A DNA stretch of 64,000 nucleotides from Octopus sinensis (Eukaryota): NCBI RefSeq assembly GCF_006345805.1, contig NC_043018.1, positions 16,802,001-16,866,000 of the forward strand, given 5' to 3'. The translations under genes and the position numbers were made by a program. Below are positions 63,590 through 64,000 of this stretch, in pieces; within the stretch, counting starts at the first letter, position 1; each line of letters opens with the position of its first letter. The notes beneath the pieces were generated by a model that saw only the letters and a program-made list of their open reading frames with translations, had not been told where the DNA came from and did not search any database.

Positions 63590-63701
63590 CTACCTATCAT
63601 TTCATCTGCCTTTACACCCATATCTTTCGCAGTATATTGCTGCAGGTCTTCATCGCTTTTTATCAAATACCCGGCAAGCGTTCTCCTTTCACTCCTTATA
63701 C
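63590..63701 (-). mobile_element. Possible R4/Dong-like ORF fragment
   Basis: IRSERRTLAGYLIKSDEDLQQYTAKD resembles the post-RT region; abuts (TAA)n. Confidence 0.4.
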
Positions 63702-63729
63702 AATATCATTATTATTATTATTATTATTA

Positions 63730-63765
<36 letters not shown>

Positions 63766-63766
<1 letters not shown>

Positions 63767-64000
63767 GAGTGAGAGAGCAGTGCATGCCATCAAAGTGACA
63801 CTGGGGTAAAATATACGAAGCCCAATATACCCATCATGACTACCCGTCACATAAGGGTACACTAAGCACGTGCATCACATTAATATGTGCTCGACATGGT
63901 GATCTCATATCAAGATAAACAGCACATGATCTTGTAGGTGGGGCCCAGTTAGAATTTTCTTCTGGTCGAGTAACCCATCCTGCTCAAAAGGTCCCTGAGT
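63766..64000 (-). mobile_element. Family D element 3' part, runs off the window
   Basis: Reverse complement of ~11575-11808. Confidence 0.8.

Overview
Eukaryotic, AT-rich, microsatellite- and retroposon-dense DNA, probably intronic or intergenic. The repeat families look like those of a coleoid cephalopod such as Octopus (inference from pattern recognition, no database check). No intact protein-coding gene, rRNA, true tRNA or CRISPR array is supported, and nearly all supplied ORFs are translated microsatellites. Recognisable content: several tRNA-derived SINE families (labelled A, B, C, E here, many with target-site duplications); decayed RTE, CR1, R4/Dong-like and Penelope-like (PLE) retrotransposons; three non-autonomous Helitrons plus a Helitron helicase relic; MITE-like foldbacks; and local tandem duplications. 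Most interesting: (1) minimal type-I hammerhead-ribozyme folds in PLE termini (15036-15073 and 56184-56219, with decayed relatives at 60744-60778 and 45848-46093); (2) a ~370-bp-arm inverted duplication (32037-33165) enclosing an Ig-like candidate exon; (3) SINE multimers apparently retrotransposed as single units; (4) minisatellites born from an RTE ORF and from a SINE tail. Coordinates were read by eye and may be off by a few bases. Family names are motif-based.
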